Origin: Octopus sinensis
Taxonomy: Eukaryota
DNA length: 64,000 nt
NCBI RefSeq assembly: GCF_006345805.1
Contig: NW_021832232.1
Span: 186,001 to 250,000, forward strand
Direction: 5' to 3'
A program made the translations under genes and the position numbers. A model generated the notes under the pieces. That model saw nothing but the letters and a program-made list of their open reading frames with translations, was not told the DNA's origin and ran no database searches. Positions 1-11,496 of this stretch are shown piece after piece. Position 1 is the stretch's first letter; each line of letters opens with the position of its first letter.

Positions 1-39
1 GTTCCCAACCTGAAATTCAACTACAAACACGCAGATTGG

Positions 40-1110
40 GTGAAATTTGCCCACTACATTGACAAATCACTGATTAACTTTGATGTAAACTATTTCGATT
101 CGGTCGACAACGCCCTCAACCATTTCAACCGAACAATTTTGATTGGACAAAAATCATTCTTAAGAATAAGGAAAATTTATCCAAAACCAGTAAGAAAATT
201 TATTTCGAGGATTCTACCTCTAATCAAAAAACGGATCTCATTGAAAGATCGCTTACATCTTACAAGAGACAACCGGCATCGGATCAGACTACTGAATAAA
301 GTCATAGAACAGTCTGCAAAGGACAAACGGCACGGGAGGGGTGAAAAGTTCGCCAGAGTACTAAATGCGAAGGTCCCTCAAACAAAAGTATGGGCATCCC
401 TAAGAAGATTCACAAACTCGGAGAGATTTAAATCCGGTGAGGATAATGCGGCTCCCTTCACCAACAAATTGATAAAGTTCTACTGGGATCAGCAACATCC
501 CGCACAGGAAATATGATGGACCATGCTTGAAGTCGTTGAAACCTCGAAAATGTCGGGACATGATAATCCTCACCCATGAGGAAGTGTCTCAGACTATCAG
601 AAATTTAAACAGTCAAATTTATAACTTCTCTATAAACAACAACTCAATACCCACATTGAGGAAAATGGCACACATTCGTCCTATTCTGAAACCAGGAAGA
701 CCAAAAGACAACCCGGCGTCCTACAGGCCAATATCTCTCCTCTTTGTCCTATCCAAAGTTTCGGAAAACTTATACTCAACCACTTCAAACAATATCTCCA
801 GAATTTTGATTTTCAACATGGATTTAAATGTGGTAAATCAACCACTTTGCCCCTTGTCACTTTGACGAATTTCATCTCAGATGAATTGCTATCTGCCAAA
901 CCATATAACCAAAAAACGGTTATGTGCTCAGTGGATATCCATAAGGCTTTTGACTCCATTCCCAGGAAAATACTAACCAGGAAAATATACCTTAGTGGAA
1001 TTCACTCAAAACTGAAAAAGTGGCTAGCTAACTTCCTCAGCAGCCGAAGAGGCAGGATCCAACAAAACAATATCACTCCACTAGAGAATCTAATAAACAA
1101 ATCGATCTAG
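40..1110 (+). mobile_element. Decayed non-LTR retrotransposon (LINE) reverse transcriptase fragments
   Basis: Frameshifted ORFs carry PILKPGRPKDNPASYRPISLL and VDIHKAFDSI, which are LINE RT motifs. The element stops before the YADD motif. Confidence 0.85.
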
Positions 1111-1267
1111 TCAGAAATAGCAAAAGATATGTTGACAAGACATCTATTTTAAAATAAATTTTTAAGTAGTTTACAAAAGCACTGAAATAAGCTGAAATGT
1201 GAGAAAAGAATTGGCAATAAAATATAAAGAGAAGTGAGAATAAATAACCAAATGAAAATAAATTATA

Positions 1268-2492
1268 TCAGCCCCGTCTTTTCTTCCACTTTGTCAGTAG
1301 TGTATTGGAAGACGTATTCCTATCCATCTCGAACTCATTCAACTCGGTAGTTTCCTTTGCCACTCACATAACAACCACCAACTTTAAGACGTCGTTGATT
1401 GTCGCGGAAAGTAGCAATCGGGTCGTCGTACTGTCGATAGTACTCAATCACTGGACGGACATCACTCACATTACTCATAGCAATCACTACAATCAAAAAC
1501 CAGCCATACATTTCAAAAAGTCTCCCAAATCAAACAAAGTCGTGTCATCATCTTCTCCCTCCCATTTTTTAAGTTTAAGACAATTCTCCTCCTGTCCAGA
1601 AATAGCATCGGCATTCCAATCGACCATAATCACTTTGGACAGGTCGCGATTGAGACAACTCAAATCCTGCCTGAACCACTCAACACACCTTTATGTGCTT
1701 CCCTTCACATAACGCGTCGAGTCCCTGAAAAGTCTGTACATCACGCACTGCTGCTTGTCCACCGAGTCGATTAAGGGGAAGGCAGTCTAGGAATGACCCT
1801 CTGCCATACCATGCCCGACTCCTGAGTGAAGACCACCACTTCGAACAAGGAGGGGGCCACTTGCTCAAAAAAATAATCCACGCCGGGTCGCTTCTTGAAC
1901 CGCCACCCCGTGTCGAACTAGAAATGCGGAAAAACACGGACAGTCCAGTCGGGACTGAGGAGGACTCCCGTCAGTTCAATCACGAGGGTGTATGGAGGCT
2001 GGTAGTACGGCGGAGGGAGGGGGTCGGGGAGGAGTCGGGTACTTGTGGGGTCTTCAATGCTCTTTGATCGAACAACTCGAAATACCTTTTTAAAGCGAAG
2101 GGCAGCGTTGAGTGACCTCCCAATGTACCCCACCACTCGATTGCCTTACTCAATAGTGGAATGTCTTACTGTACTCGTCGGGGATCTGCCAAATATATTA
2201 TAATTATACCTCCTTGCCTTCGGAGTCCACTTCAGGGGTCCCTAAATAGGTTTCTCGTGTCTATCAAACCCATTACGGAAATAAACCAGACTCCGCCGCC
2301 CAAAATTGTCAGGGAAATGAATCCGAGGGAAAACTTCCATCCGTCTTTGGCAAATGTAAATTTTTTTGGATCGGGAGAATTGGCGTTTGTTATTCGTCGA
2401 ATGAGAGGAGTCCGAAAAAAGTTGGAAGGAATTAGTGGCGTTATACAGTTTTGGGGAACACAAGACAACTTAAGGCAAGCACGCGAAATCAT
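1268..2492 (-). CDS. TIMM50: Mitochondrial import inner membrane translocase TIM50 (multi-exon, 22-28 nt introns; one apparent 1-nt deletion near 1706)
   Basis: Spliced translation gives [57 protein letters not shown] and [16 protein letters not shown]. It also has an N-terminal presequence and a TM segment. Confidence 0.93.
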
Positions 2493-2687
2493 CAATAATT
2501 TATATTAAAATTATTAATATCATTTTTATTTATATAATCCTGTTAAAATATTCCAACAAATTGGAGGATTATATTTTTGACAGTATAAGATATACCGATC
2601 GAATGAGACATGTTTTGACTCAGAGATTATTTTGTAGATTATATTAACATTATTTAAAATAATATATTTTTGTTTCCAGGGTGATTG

Positions 2688-3446
2688 ATGGACAGGGATG
2701 TAATAACAGATGACCGATTGATAAAAGAACTCCGCACTCTTGGCTATGACAAAGTCACAAATCAACAACTCGATCAAATTCGTTCAGGTTGCCTACAACA
2801 AATCCACTTTCTAGCACTGAGTGGTCTATTTGCAGATTGTGAAAATTCATCGGACAATGTTTCAAGTCAAAAATCGAAGAGTAAAGATTGCCAAGTGTCC
2901 GATTTGGAGAGTGTTCCCTCAACGGTGACGAGTTCTCGCCAATACATCAAACGAAAGACTGTCAGGGAAGAATAATTCTCCCTATTGACAGGAGGAACGA
3001 CGGACAGCCTAGTTACATTGACGAATCGTACAGTGAGTGTGGAGGAGAGAGTGACGAGACAATGTCAATAACTTCAGTCCAGTCGACAAAACTCTTACGA
3101 AAACCGAAAAGTGAGAAATCAAGTTGGATATCTGATTCTGCCACATCAGGAAGAAGTTCAAATTGTACATTCAGTATGAAAGGGAGGGACCAAAGAGTGA
3201 GAACGGGCGGGACGCTCAAAACGGATCCAGTGAGTCGATATCACATGTACAACGACATGTGGAGACGGAGGGAGAGACAAAACAGTCTGGAGCAGAGGGA
3301 ACTGCTCTGGAATATACGACTTCAGACTTTCTACCGAAAAAACACAGTCGTTCCTCGTCGGGTTATTCTAATTATTATTACACCGCAAATAGGACGAATT
3401 TGCAGACTTTCACGATTTTTTCGAAGAATATTTTGCCACCAATTAA
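2688..3446 (+). CDS. HYLS1: Hydrolethalus syndrome protein 1-like centriolar protein (3' end approximate; reads to 3505 if the last intron is unspliced)
   Basis: LIKELRTLGY N-terminus, KRKTVR-RNDG...DES, and the HYLS1 C-terminal domain KTDPVSRYHMYNDMW...RELLWNIR. Confidence 0.8.
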
Positions 3447-3613
3447 TTTCCTTTTTGAGTAAAAATTCAATTTATAGACACCTGATTTCTTTGTTCCAAG
3501 AATAATAATTTGTTAGAAATTAGATGGTTGGGAACTATTCAGGAAATACAAAAAACAACAATTTGAATAAATTCACTTAAATTAACCAAAATTAGTGTTA
3601 AGATGAAAGTATT

Positions 3614-4912
3614 CTACTTAAAAAGACCATTCCAATGATTGGCAGATTTCTGATCATACTTTTTGCATAAGCATATGTAGAACAACGACACTACTCCACT
3701 TGCAACCAGGAAAAAGTATTTGTACGTAGATTTGACTTGATTATTTGGTGCATCGTTTTGGAAATGCTCAAACCATTCTTTTAGACACAAACTCAGGAAG
3801 ATGGCTGTGAGCACTGTCGTATAAGTAAAAAATATTCCAATTTTCTGAATTACAAAATTTGTTGCAATCATTTTTCTTCTGTATTTCAGGGAGATGAGTG
3901 CACACAGAAACGAAATGAGTATTGCTAGTGACATGGGTAGAAAGGTGAAATACAAAAGGAGATCGGAGTTCTTTAGGTGGCACAAATCCATTCCACTGTA
4001 CATATAAACAGCCCCAGAATGGACGGTGGCTAACAACCAGACTCCGAAATGCAGGAATATTTGGAAAGAAGATTCATAGTGGGGATTTACATGAAAGAAA
4101 TAACAGAAATATGTCGCCAGCCACCACAAATTCCCCGCGTGAAGGAAAAAATAAACGAGAACGAACCTGAGACTGCAGTAAGTCGTCGAATTAGAAGGGT
4201 TGTCGAGAATATTGACGACCAGACCAGTAGCCATAACAGCGTAGCAACAAGTCATAAACAAAATGCAATGCTCAATGTAAACGGAGGACATTGAGTGAAG
4301 GAAAGAGATGGCGATTGCGAGGAATATTGCAATACAGATTGTCAGCAGCAACTCAATTCCTTGGAGTATTTTTAGAAAATGATTCAATTTTCCAATAATG
4401 AGATTGCTGTTTGTGTCTGATTTGTTATTGGAATTTTGTATTTCATTCTCCGGAGATTTGGCTGTGGTGCTTTGGATTGATATTTTTTCGTTGGAGTTGA
4501 ATGATTTATTCATTTTGTCCACACAGACGTAGTGGTCTGCTTCAACGCTGGGAAGTGACAAGCAGTCCATATTTGAAAAAAAAGATTTCCACTTATTAAT
4601 GGCAGTGGGATTCTTGTTTGAACATTTTTGATTAATTCTTAAACACATTTCTCGGCAAGGATAAACTGGGAACTGGTAATTTGTGGCACAGATGGGGTAT
4701 AATAGAAGACAAGCAAACAACACACTTTCTTGGTCACATTCCACATTTAGTTGAGTCAGACTCGTTATCAGTTCAGTGCTGAATTTATTTGGGAACATTG
4801 TAAGGTTGTATCCAAACGTTTGACATATTTTATTGTCCACAATTCGACAGTTATTCTTGATGTATTCTCTGTCACTTAGAAAAGTATAGAAGAGAAGGAT
4901 AATTACTAACAT
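3614..4912 (-). CDS. Compact Frizzled-family receptor, single 432-aa ORF
   Basis: Signal peptide, then a cysteine-rich FZ domain (C..GYNLTMFPN..C..FAC.LLYPIC..PVYPCREMC..C..W..C..LP..C), seven hydrophobic segments (VYFFLHAGNLWW in TM3) and a KTxxxW-like KSANHW after TM7. Confidence 0.88.
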   Translation of the reverse strand: MLVIILLFYTFLSDREYIKNNCRIVDNKICQTFGYNLTMFPNKFSTELITSLTQLNVECDQESVLFACLLLYPICATNYQFPVYPCREMCLRINQKCSNKNPTAINKWKSFFSNMDCLSLPSVEADHYVCVDKMNKSFNSNEKISIQSTTAKSPENEIQNSNNKSDTNSNLIIGKLNHFLKILQGIELLLTICIAIFLAIAISFLHSMSSVYIEHCILFMTCCYAVMATGLVVNILDNPSNSTTYCSLRFVLVYFFLHAGNLWWLATYFCYFFHVNPHYESSFQIFLHFGVWLLATVHSGAVYMYSGMDLCHLKNSDLLLYFTFLPMSLAILISFLCALISLKYRRKMIATNFVIQKIGIFFTYTTVLTAIFLSLCLKEWFEHFQNDAPNNQVKSTYKYFFLVASGVVSLFYICLCKKYDQKSANHWNGLFK

Positions 4913-6769
4913 TTAAAATAAATGCGTATTATACGCCAGAATATTAGAAAAGCGTGTGTATACTTCGTTCCACGGTCAATAGCGTACATGTTGCCATCAA
5001 TTCTGTCATTAGTCTTTCAAAATCAGCAATTTGAACAAATCAAAATGCAACTTTGAGTCATAATGCTTCGACAGTCATTAACAAATGTGACAATTCAACA
5101 CGGAAACATGCAAATTCGATCAGAAAATGACAAGAGTGATAATTGGTACTTAATCAGACATACTAATTGTTAGTCAGTGGACACGAATGACAGGATAAGA
5201 AAAGAAAAGCAAGATAGCCATCATTAGCATGCCCACTTGAGCACACTTGCTAATTATCAGTGGCTACTACTCAATTGAACATTACTTGGCTTGCTTGTCA
5301 ATAGTGGAATATTGATTCATCTTAAAATATAATTACATATTATTTTGAAAACCGACATGTTAATATTGTTAAGGATTTTTATTGAAGGTAATCTCGCAAA
5401 GTCTGCTTAAACCCTAACAGTCTGCAAACTTATATTTTTCGTCTCAATATTGATACCCTCGAAAAAATATTTGACAAGTGAAACCAAAAATTACGGGAAT
5501 ATTTCGCCTTGTTTTTTTTCTCTCAATAGACTTTGCGCTTTCATTGAGTTGATATTAAACTTTTGAAAACATTATCATACTGGATAAAACATTTTTTGAA
5601 GGAATTTAGTGTTAAATTGAAAATGTAGTAATTCACACTCATTAATCATTATCATAATAGAAATCACAAAAATGATCAGGTCAACTAACATTCGACATAC
5701 ATTCGACATGTATATTTGTTATTCTTAAAATATTTTCACTTTTCATGATACTCCACTACACTCATAGTTGTCGAAAAATATTTTCTAACGCCCATCCGCT
5801 CTTCAATCAAGGCACGAGTACAAGGATCAGTTGGAAGCCGTGTGAATGATCTGGTGCAAGCAGAGTTCGTTAGTAAACTTCGTTTCAATTCAAATAAACT
5901 TCTGGTTTAAATTGGAATCCCAAAAGTTACGATCTCATCAAATGATTTCCAACCCAAATATAGAGCTGAAATATTCATTTTTTAAATTGTTGAAAGGTTG
6001 ACTCAACCTAAAAATGTTCCTTTGCAGTATTTTAAAGTTCAACTATTCTGAATTATTCAATTCTAAATGGAATAAAGAAAGAGCCTGAACTGGAATTTTT
6101 TTAGATATTTTGCGTAAAAGGGACAATTACCCAATGAATGTAGATTCCCAATGCGTAAATTTGATGAGTTATAAATGTAAAACTAATTAAAGATGGCCAG
6201 TCTTTATCAAACAAATAGTCAATAATTACTTTCGATTATCATAAACAAGTAAATATCATGTCGTGCCATATCGTTAGGAAATCAAATAATTGAAATCCTG
6301 ATCTCATAAATACTCATATCACAATTCGCAGAAAACAGCTGCCTACTTTCATCTACATAGGAAAGTTGGAGAAAAGTTATATTAAGTCAGGAGAAGCGTA
6401 TTCTTGGAATCGCCTTTTCCGTTAGAAATAACAGATTGAGGAGTTTTATATCAATTGGATTTTCTTTACTCTGTTTAAAGTGAGAGAACAGAGCATGATT
6501 TATAACAAATAGATTAATCATTTTACAGCAAGAATCAGACACTTTGTAAGCATCTTTCTGATCATTGTGAAGAAATGTCTAAAACCAAAAGAATGTTTTT
6601 CTTCAAGTCAATAAAAATAAACGGCAAAATAAGGATATTTTACGATACCTAAGATTTAACCATTAATATATAATCCCCCATAATTTAATTTAGTTAAGAT
6701 TTAAGCAATAAAATTTGGTATAAGAATGTTAATTTATTGTTAGTAAATAATTCGATATCATTTGTGGGA

Positions 6770-7953
6770 ATGCTGCTGTTCTGGTCGTTAATTTCGATGA
6801 CCGAGTGCTCCCAGTCATATCTGATTGTGCCACACGGAAGCACACTAACCCTCCAGATCCTAAACCCGACAATCATTCACAGGAAAAACAAAAGAATTGA
6901 CCTCTGCAGTGACCTCGACGACGTTCCATCTGCCTCATGCGGGTTTCGAAAGACAGTCAACTCGTCTGGCAAATTCATCCACTTTTCTAACATGTCCTTC
7001 AGTGATGCCGGAGTGTATGAAATTGAGACGGGCAGTCAACTCACACTTGTAAATGTGCTTGTAATTGGTTTTTGTTCGAGGAATGTCATTTTTAGGGGGA
7101 CTGACCCTCCACTGCTCCCTTCGGAACACACCTCTACTAGTGGAGGACAGTGGGAATGTTATCACATGTTCCCTCAAGTACAATCAGCCACAAATGACCA
7201 CAAATCCCATCTTCCTGGCCAAATTCTCCTTGGCGGGGGTAGACTTGGAGAAACGCGTCGATGAACTGAATTCCTCGAGTTATTCGGAAATCAAATATGA
7301 AATCGAACTGAGGAGGTTTGGAAGAGAACACAGTCACGGTCAATTCGAATGTCAGTGCAGTGTGGACTACATGACTGTGTCGGTGCCTCTGGGATGTGAC
7401 CACGCCTACCACTTGTTCGGTAATGGGAGTGACCTCACATTAGCCCCTCCTCTTCTTCGGAAAATAGAGGCACTCAACTACACCACGGAAACTGTCCGAT
7501 TTGTCTGTTTGAGTGATGGAAGACACTATCCTCCGAGACTACAATTCTCTTGGCTACTCAATGGAGACACTCTTCATCCTAAATTACTCAATTCGGCCGG
7601 AAATGATGTCCTTGTTGGATACTCGTCTTTCATTCATCACAGAAATCTGACTTGTGTGGCTCGCAACTCTGCCGGCCTGTCTTCGGTCACTTTTTTGGGT
7701 TCAAATTGGACTGATTTAGGCCTAGTAAATCTCCCAGTCGAGCCCGACTCGGTTTCGTTGTCAACGTCGAATGGTATGTTTGGACTAAACTATTTCAGCC
7801 GGACTGATTGTGAGGATAACCTCATTTATAACTCTGGTGGTGGTCGTCGCGTCTGCAATCGGTCTAAACTACATAGGTACGGACAGTAGAACTGGTCATT
7901 TCGCAGTCAAAGCTGGCTCTTTCGAAGAACACCAACATTTTATCCAGCGCTGA
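6770..7953 (+). CDS. Immunoglobulin-superfamily type I membrane protein
   Basis: Signal peptide MLLFWSLISMTECS; Ig motifs FSDAGVYEI, FECQC and FSWLLNG...NLTCVARN. Intron 7068-7095 joins the two track ORFs. Introns 7774-7798 and 7877-7906 give a TM helix (LIVRITSFITLVVVVASAIGL) and a short tail. Confidence 0.75.
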
Positions 7954-8059
7954 AATACACTTGTCTTGTATAAATCATTTTAACCTGTTAATAAATGACG
8001 ACATGTTCTTATATTGCCAATCTTAATATATTTGAATATATTGTGTTAGTTGTAGTGCA

Positions 8060-9027
8060 ATGCGACAGGGAATCGACAAGGCTCTCGACATAATTCGGGG
8101 CATGCCTCGCATTGCCTTGAACAATCTCAGAGACGTGCCTGCAGCCGCTGCCCTCAAGAAGAAACGGGTGCCAATAACTCAAACATCTTTAAGGAAAAAT
8201 TACGTCGGGGAGTCCGGGCTGGGGCCAATCGTGGATATGCCAGCAAAAATTCTTCCCACGGAACTTTGTTGCCCCCCTACGGATACGAGGGACGGCAGAA
8301 TGCTCTGATCTACACTACTCCCAACGAGCCCTACAACACGGACTTGACGTTTGGCTAGTTCTAATGCTGTGAAGGACTCGGAAACAATATATTCCACTCT
8401 CACTTCTGCAATTGCAGAGAGCCATCGACCTGGGCTTTGTGGACGCTGCTGAACCCATCGATCTGGCCTATTTGTGTGCCCGACTGCACGTGAGAGTGGA
8501 TCCGGATAAATGCGAGTACGGGATTAACCTGACAGAGGAGGTATGAGTGTGTCTGATCTGTAGGGGGATGACATATTCGAGAGTGTAGTTAACATTGAAG
8601 TGCAGTTTGCCAGTCCGGCCACGATTGCAGCAGTCGAGCGAGTGGGTGGCACAATCACTACTCGGTTTTATGACAGGCTTTCTCTTCACGCTGTGACTAA
8701 TGCGGAAAAGTTCTTCACCAGCGGTACTCCTATTCCACGGGGAAAGCTTCCTACTCGTGATGTGTTGGAGTATTACCTCAATCCTTCAAACAGGGGATAT
8801 TTGGCAGAACGGGATGAAATCAAGACTAAACGGTGGTTTTACATAAATATAATAGATATGAATTGGCTCAACAATTTGGTTATTCATTGCCACCGGACAG
8901 TCACCCGATCACCAAACATCCAGCACAAATATTCTTTGGATTACAGCCGGGCTGGGTGGTTGATTGGACTGACCAAGTCGTGCTTAAACCTACGTCTAAA
9001 TCACACACTGATTATTACCAATGTTGA
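8060..9027 (+). CDS. MRPL15: Mitochondrial ribosomal protein uL15m
   Basis: ALDIIRGMPRIALNNL, RKQYIPLSLLQLQRAIDLG, VNIEVQFAS, NRGYLA, QIFFGLQPGWVVD; introns of 23-26 nt (e.g. 8168-8193). Confidence 0.93.
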
Positions 9028-9880
9028 CTTGTTTATTTGCTAACCATCTTTTTCATTGATTGTGACATTCAGTAAGGCGTTGTGCATTCAATGTTTTGAT
9101 AAGTCTTTTGTATATGCTTGGACGCTTTCTTTAATCTGAAAAAGAGAAAATAGAAACATCTTATGACCGCATAATCATTAAATAAAAGTTTAATCAATCA
9201 TTCAGTCAAAATGTAAACCGATGTGACAAAACCGATATATAATTGAGAAAAAGACTGTTTTGAAGAAGCTGAATAACAGACGTGTATTGATTTTAAATTA
9301 TTGGGATCTTTATTAAAAACTACACAACTGTAAAATAAATGAATCAATATTTCAGAATCCTCCGCTGGGCGTAACCAACCCAATTAATTTGTTGCCAAGT
9401 GCAGAAATCAAAATTACAAAAATAAAATTACACATGTTAGATTGATCCCAAAAAATAGTCAAACAATGCCTTCAAAGTGTACTCATCATAAATCAGATGT
9501 CTCACTTACCTGTGAAAACTTCGATTTACGACAATCACTTTTTATTATAAATTCAAAAAATAATTATTTAGCAAAATATTACTGTTTTTGAATTCAATCA
9601 AGCACTTAATTTGATAGACAGCTCGGGATTAGTAAACATTTTAGTATCATTGTACCGTTGAAATGAATTTAAATAAATCGAGAATTGTATTTTCTTTATA
9701 AAAATAACGTTTATTTCAATGATCAAAATATCTATTTATGTTGAATGTTTAGGTCAATTACTTATATTTTATTTTGAATTGGAAAATATAATTGAGAATA
9801 AAATATTTGTGCTTAGTTATTTTTCAATTGATTTTTGTAATATTAAAAATATCACGACATTAGTTCGGAAAAGGCGTTTA

Positions 9881-11428
9881 ATGCCTTCAAAGAATAAGAA
9901 ACACAAATTTGAGGGAGCCGACGGTGTCCCGACATTTCAAAACACGATGGACTATGCAGTGCATATTGGCATAGACCCTGCGACTGAACCCCACCTAATG
10001 CACATTGCCCACGAAGGAATGCACTCTTGTTTACCAGAACAGTGGAGTCCGATGTATATGTCATTTATTCATGTTCTAGTTTTCAGGAAAATGGACAAAT
10101 CTACTACTTTAACTCTGAGACAGCCCAGTGCAAGTGGGAACACCCCTGCGACGAGTACTATAAAAACATGGCCGACACAGAACGAGCGGCCCATCAAAAA
10201 AAGACACGTTTTTCCGACATTGAGGTACACAAAACATTGCAAATTGCTGCTGTATATTGACACTACTCTAGACGAGTGTCCCCACCAAGCCAAGCGGAAG
10301 GCTTCCCCCGTTGAATTACCGTCCAAAGAAAGTGGAGGAGTACTCCCGTCTGGTCTCCCCGCCAGCCAACTCGGAAGCCATGGCGACGTCAGAATCATGT
10401 GCAATGTTGTTGTAATTATGAACCACCGATATAGAAAAGACTTGTTTAAAGGATTAAATGTCCCCGATATGAGGAAGGATGGGTTCTCCAGTGTGTCCCC
10501 AACTCCTGCCAGTTCGTTTAATTCAATGTAGTCACTTCCCTTCATTCAATAGGCCCGGAGATGTCCCCACATTTGGTGTCTCCACAGTCCCTCCTAAGGT
10601 GATATTTACAAATAAATTAATAGATTGAAATCACAAATGCTGCCTCATATTGCTCTAGTGTCAGTTATTCGGCCAAACCTGTCGACTCACATCCATTGGA
10701 GGTATACTCGACCTTCTATTGCCAGGAAGGGGAGATTGTATTCACGGAATCCACGTTTGACCTGCCCGACCCCCACAGTGGACGTTCTACACCAAACGTG
10801 GCACACCCTCCATCAGTAAAAAACGAACCTTCGAAGGAGGCATATTATTGTGTGACTAGTGACAGTCCTTAATGGAACGAAGGGACCAAGTTATAGCCCA
10901 GTTGATTGCAAGCAGAGATATTCCTCCACTCCATTCGACTATTCGGGTAGAGGATAAACTGGTTGTCATTATTTCTTATTAATAGGACACTCTCCTGGAC
11001 AAACTATCGACTTTGATTGACGTGCAGACGCGAATGCATAACAATGTGCTGAGAGACAGCAAAGACCAGGCTTGTGACACAGGGGATGAATACAGATCGG
11101 GGGAGGGACGTCACAATGTTTGGTTGTTGTAGTTATGTCTGGGGGATGATGGAGTGCCACTGTGCTTAGACCGTCGTGTTTCGGAGTTGTGTTTAACGGG
11201 TAGTCTAAGCCAACTTCCCGGAGGCAACAAGACGAGTTACGACAGTCGTATTCCCATGACGATGCTCAAGAGCTACGAGAGAGCAGAACGGGCATTGGAG
11301 GCACGGCAGTTGGAATATATGCAAACTGGTATGCGTGTTCTACCATAGTCAGGCAAACCTCCGAACAGACGGGGGCAGCAGAAAAACGTGTACAGTCACC
11401 GTCGGTGGATAACTCAAATACAGAATGA
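9881..11428 (+). CDS. CEP164: CEP164-like WW-domain centriole distal-appendage protein (C-terminal exons approximate)
   Basis: YAVHIGIDPATEPHLMHIAHEG..LPEQW followed by the WW domain IYYFNSETAQCKWEHPCDEYYK, matching the CEP164 N-terminus. The remainder is low-complexity. Confidence 0.75.
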
Positions 11429-11496
11429 AATTGAATCGCATTTGAACTCGTCGAGATAAATGAGTGAATGACATATTTATATTATAATTCTGTGAG

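Noticed and set aside
5780-6450. Possible LINE RT remnant on the minus strand (NLGWKS..LFELKRSL)
   Set aside because: Too degenerate to support a call.
9505-9515. ACTTACCTG as the start of a U1 snRNA
   Set aside because: No downstream U1 stems or Sm site.
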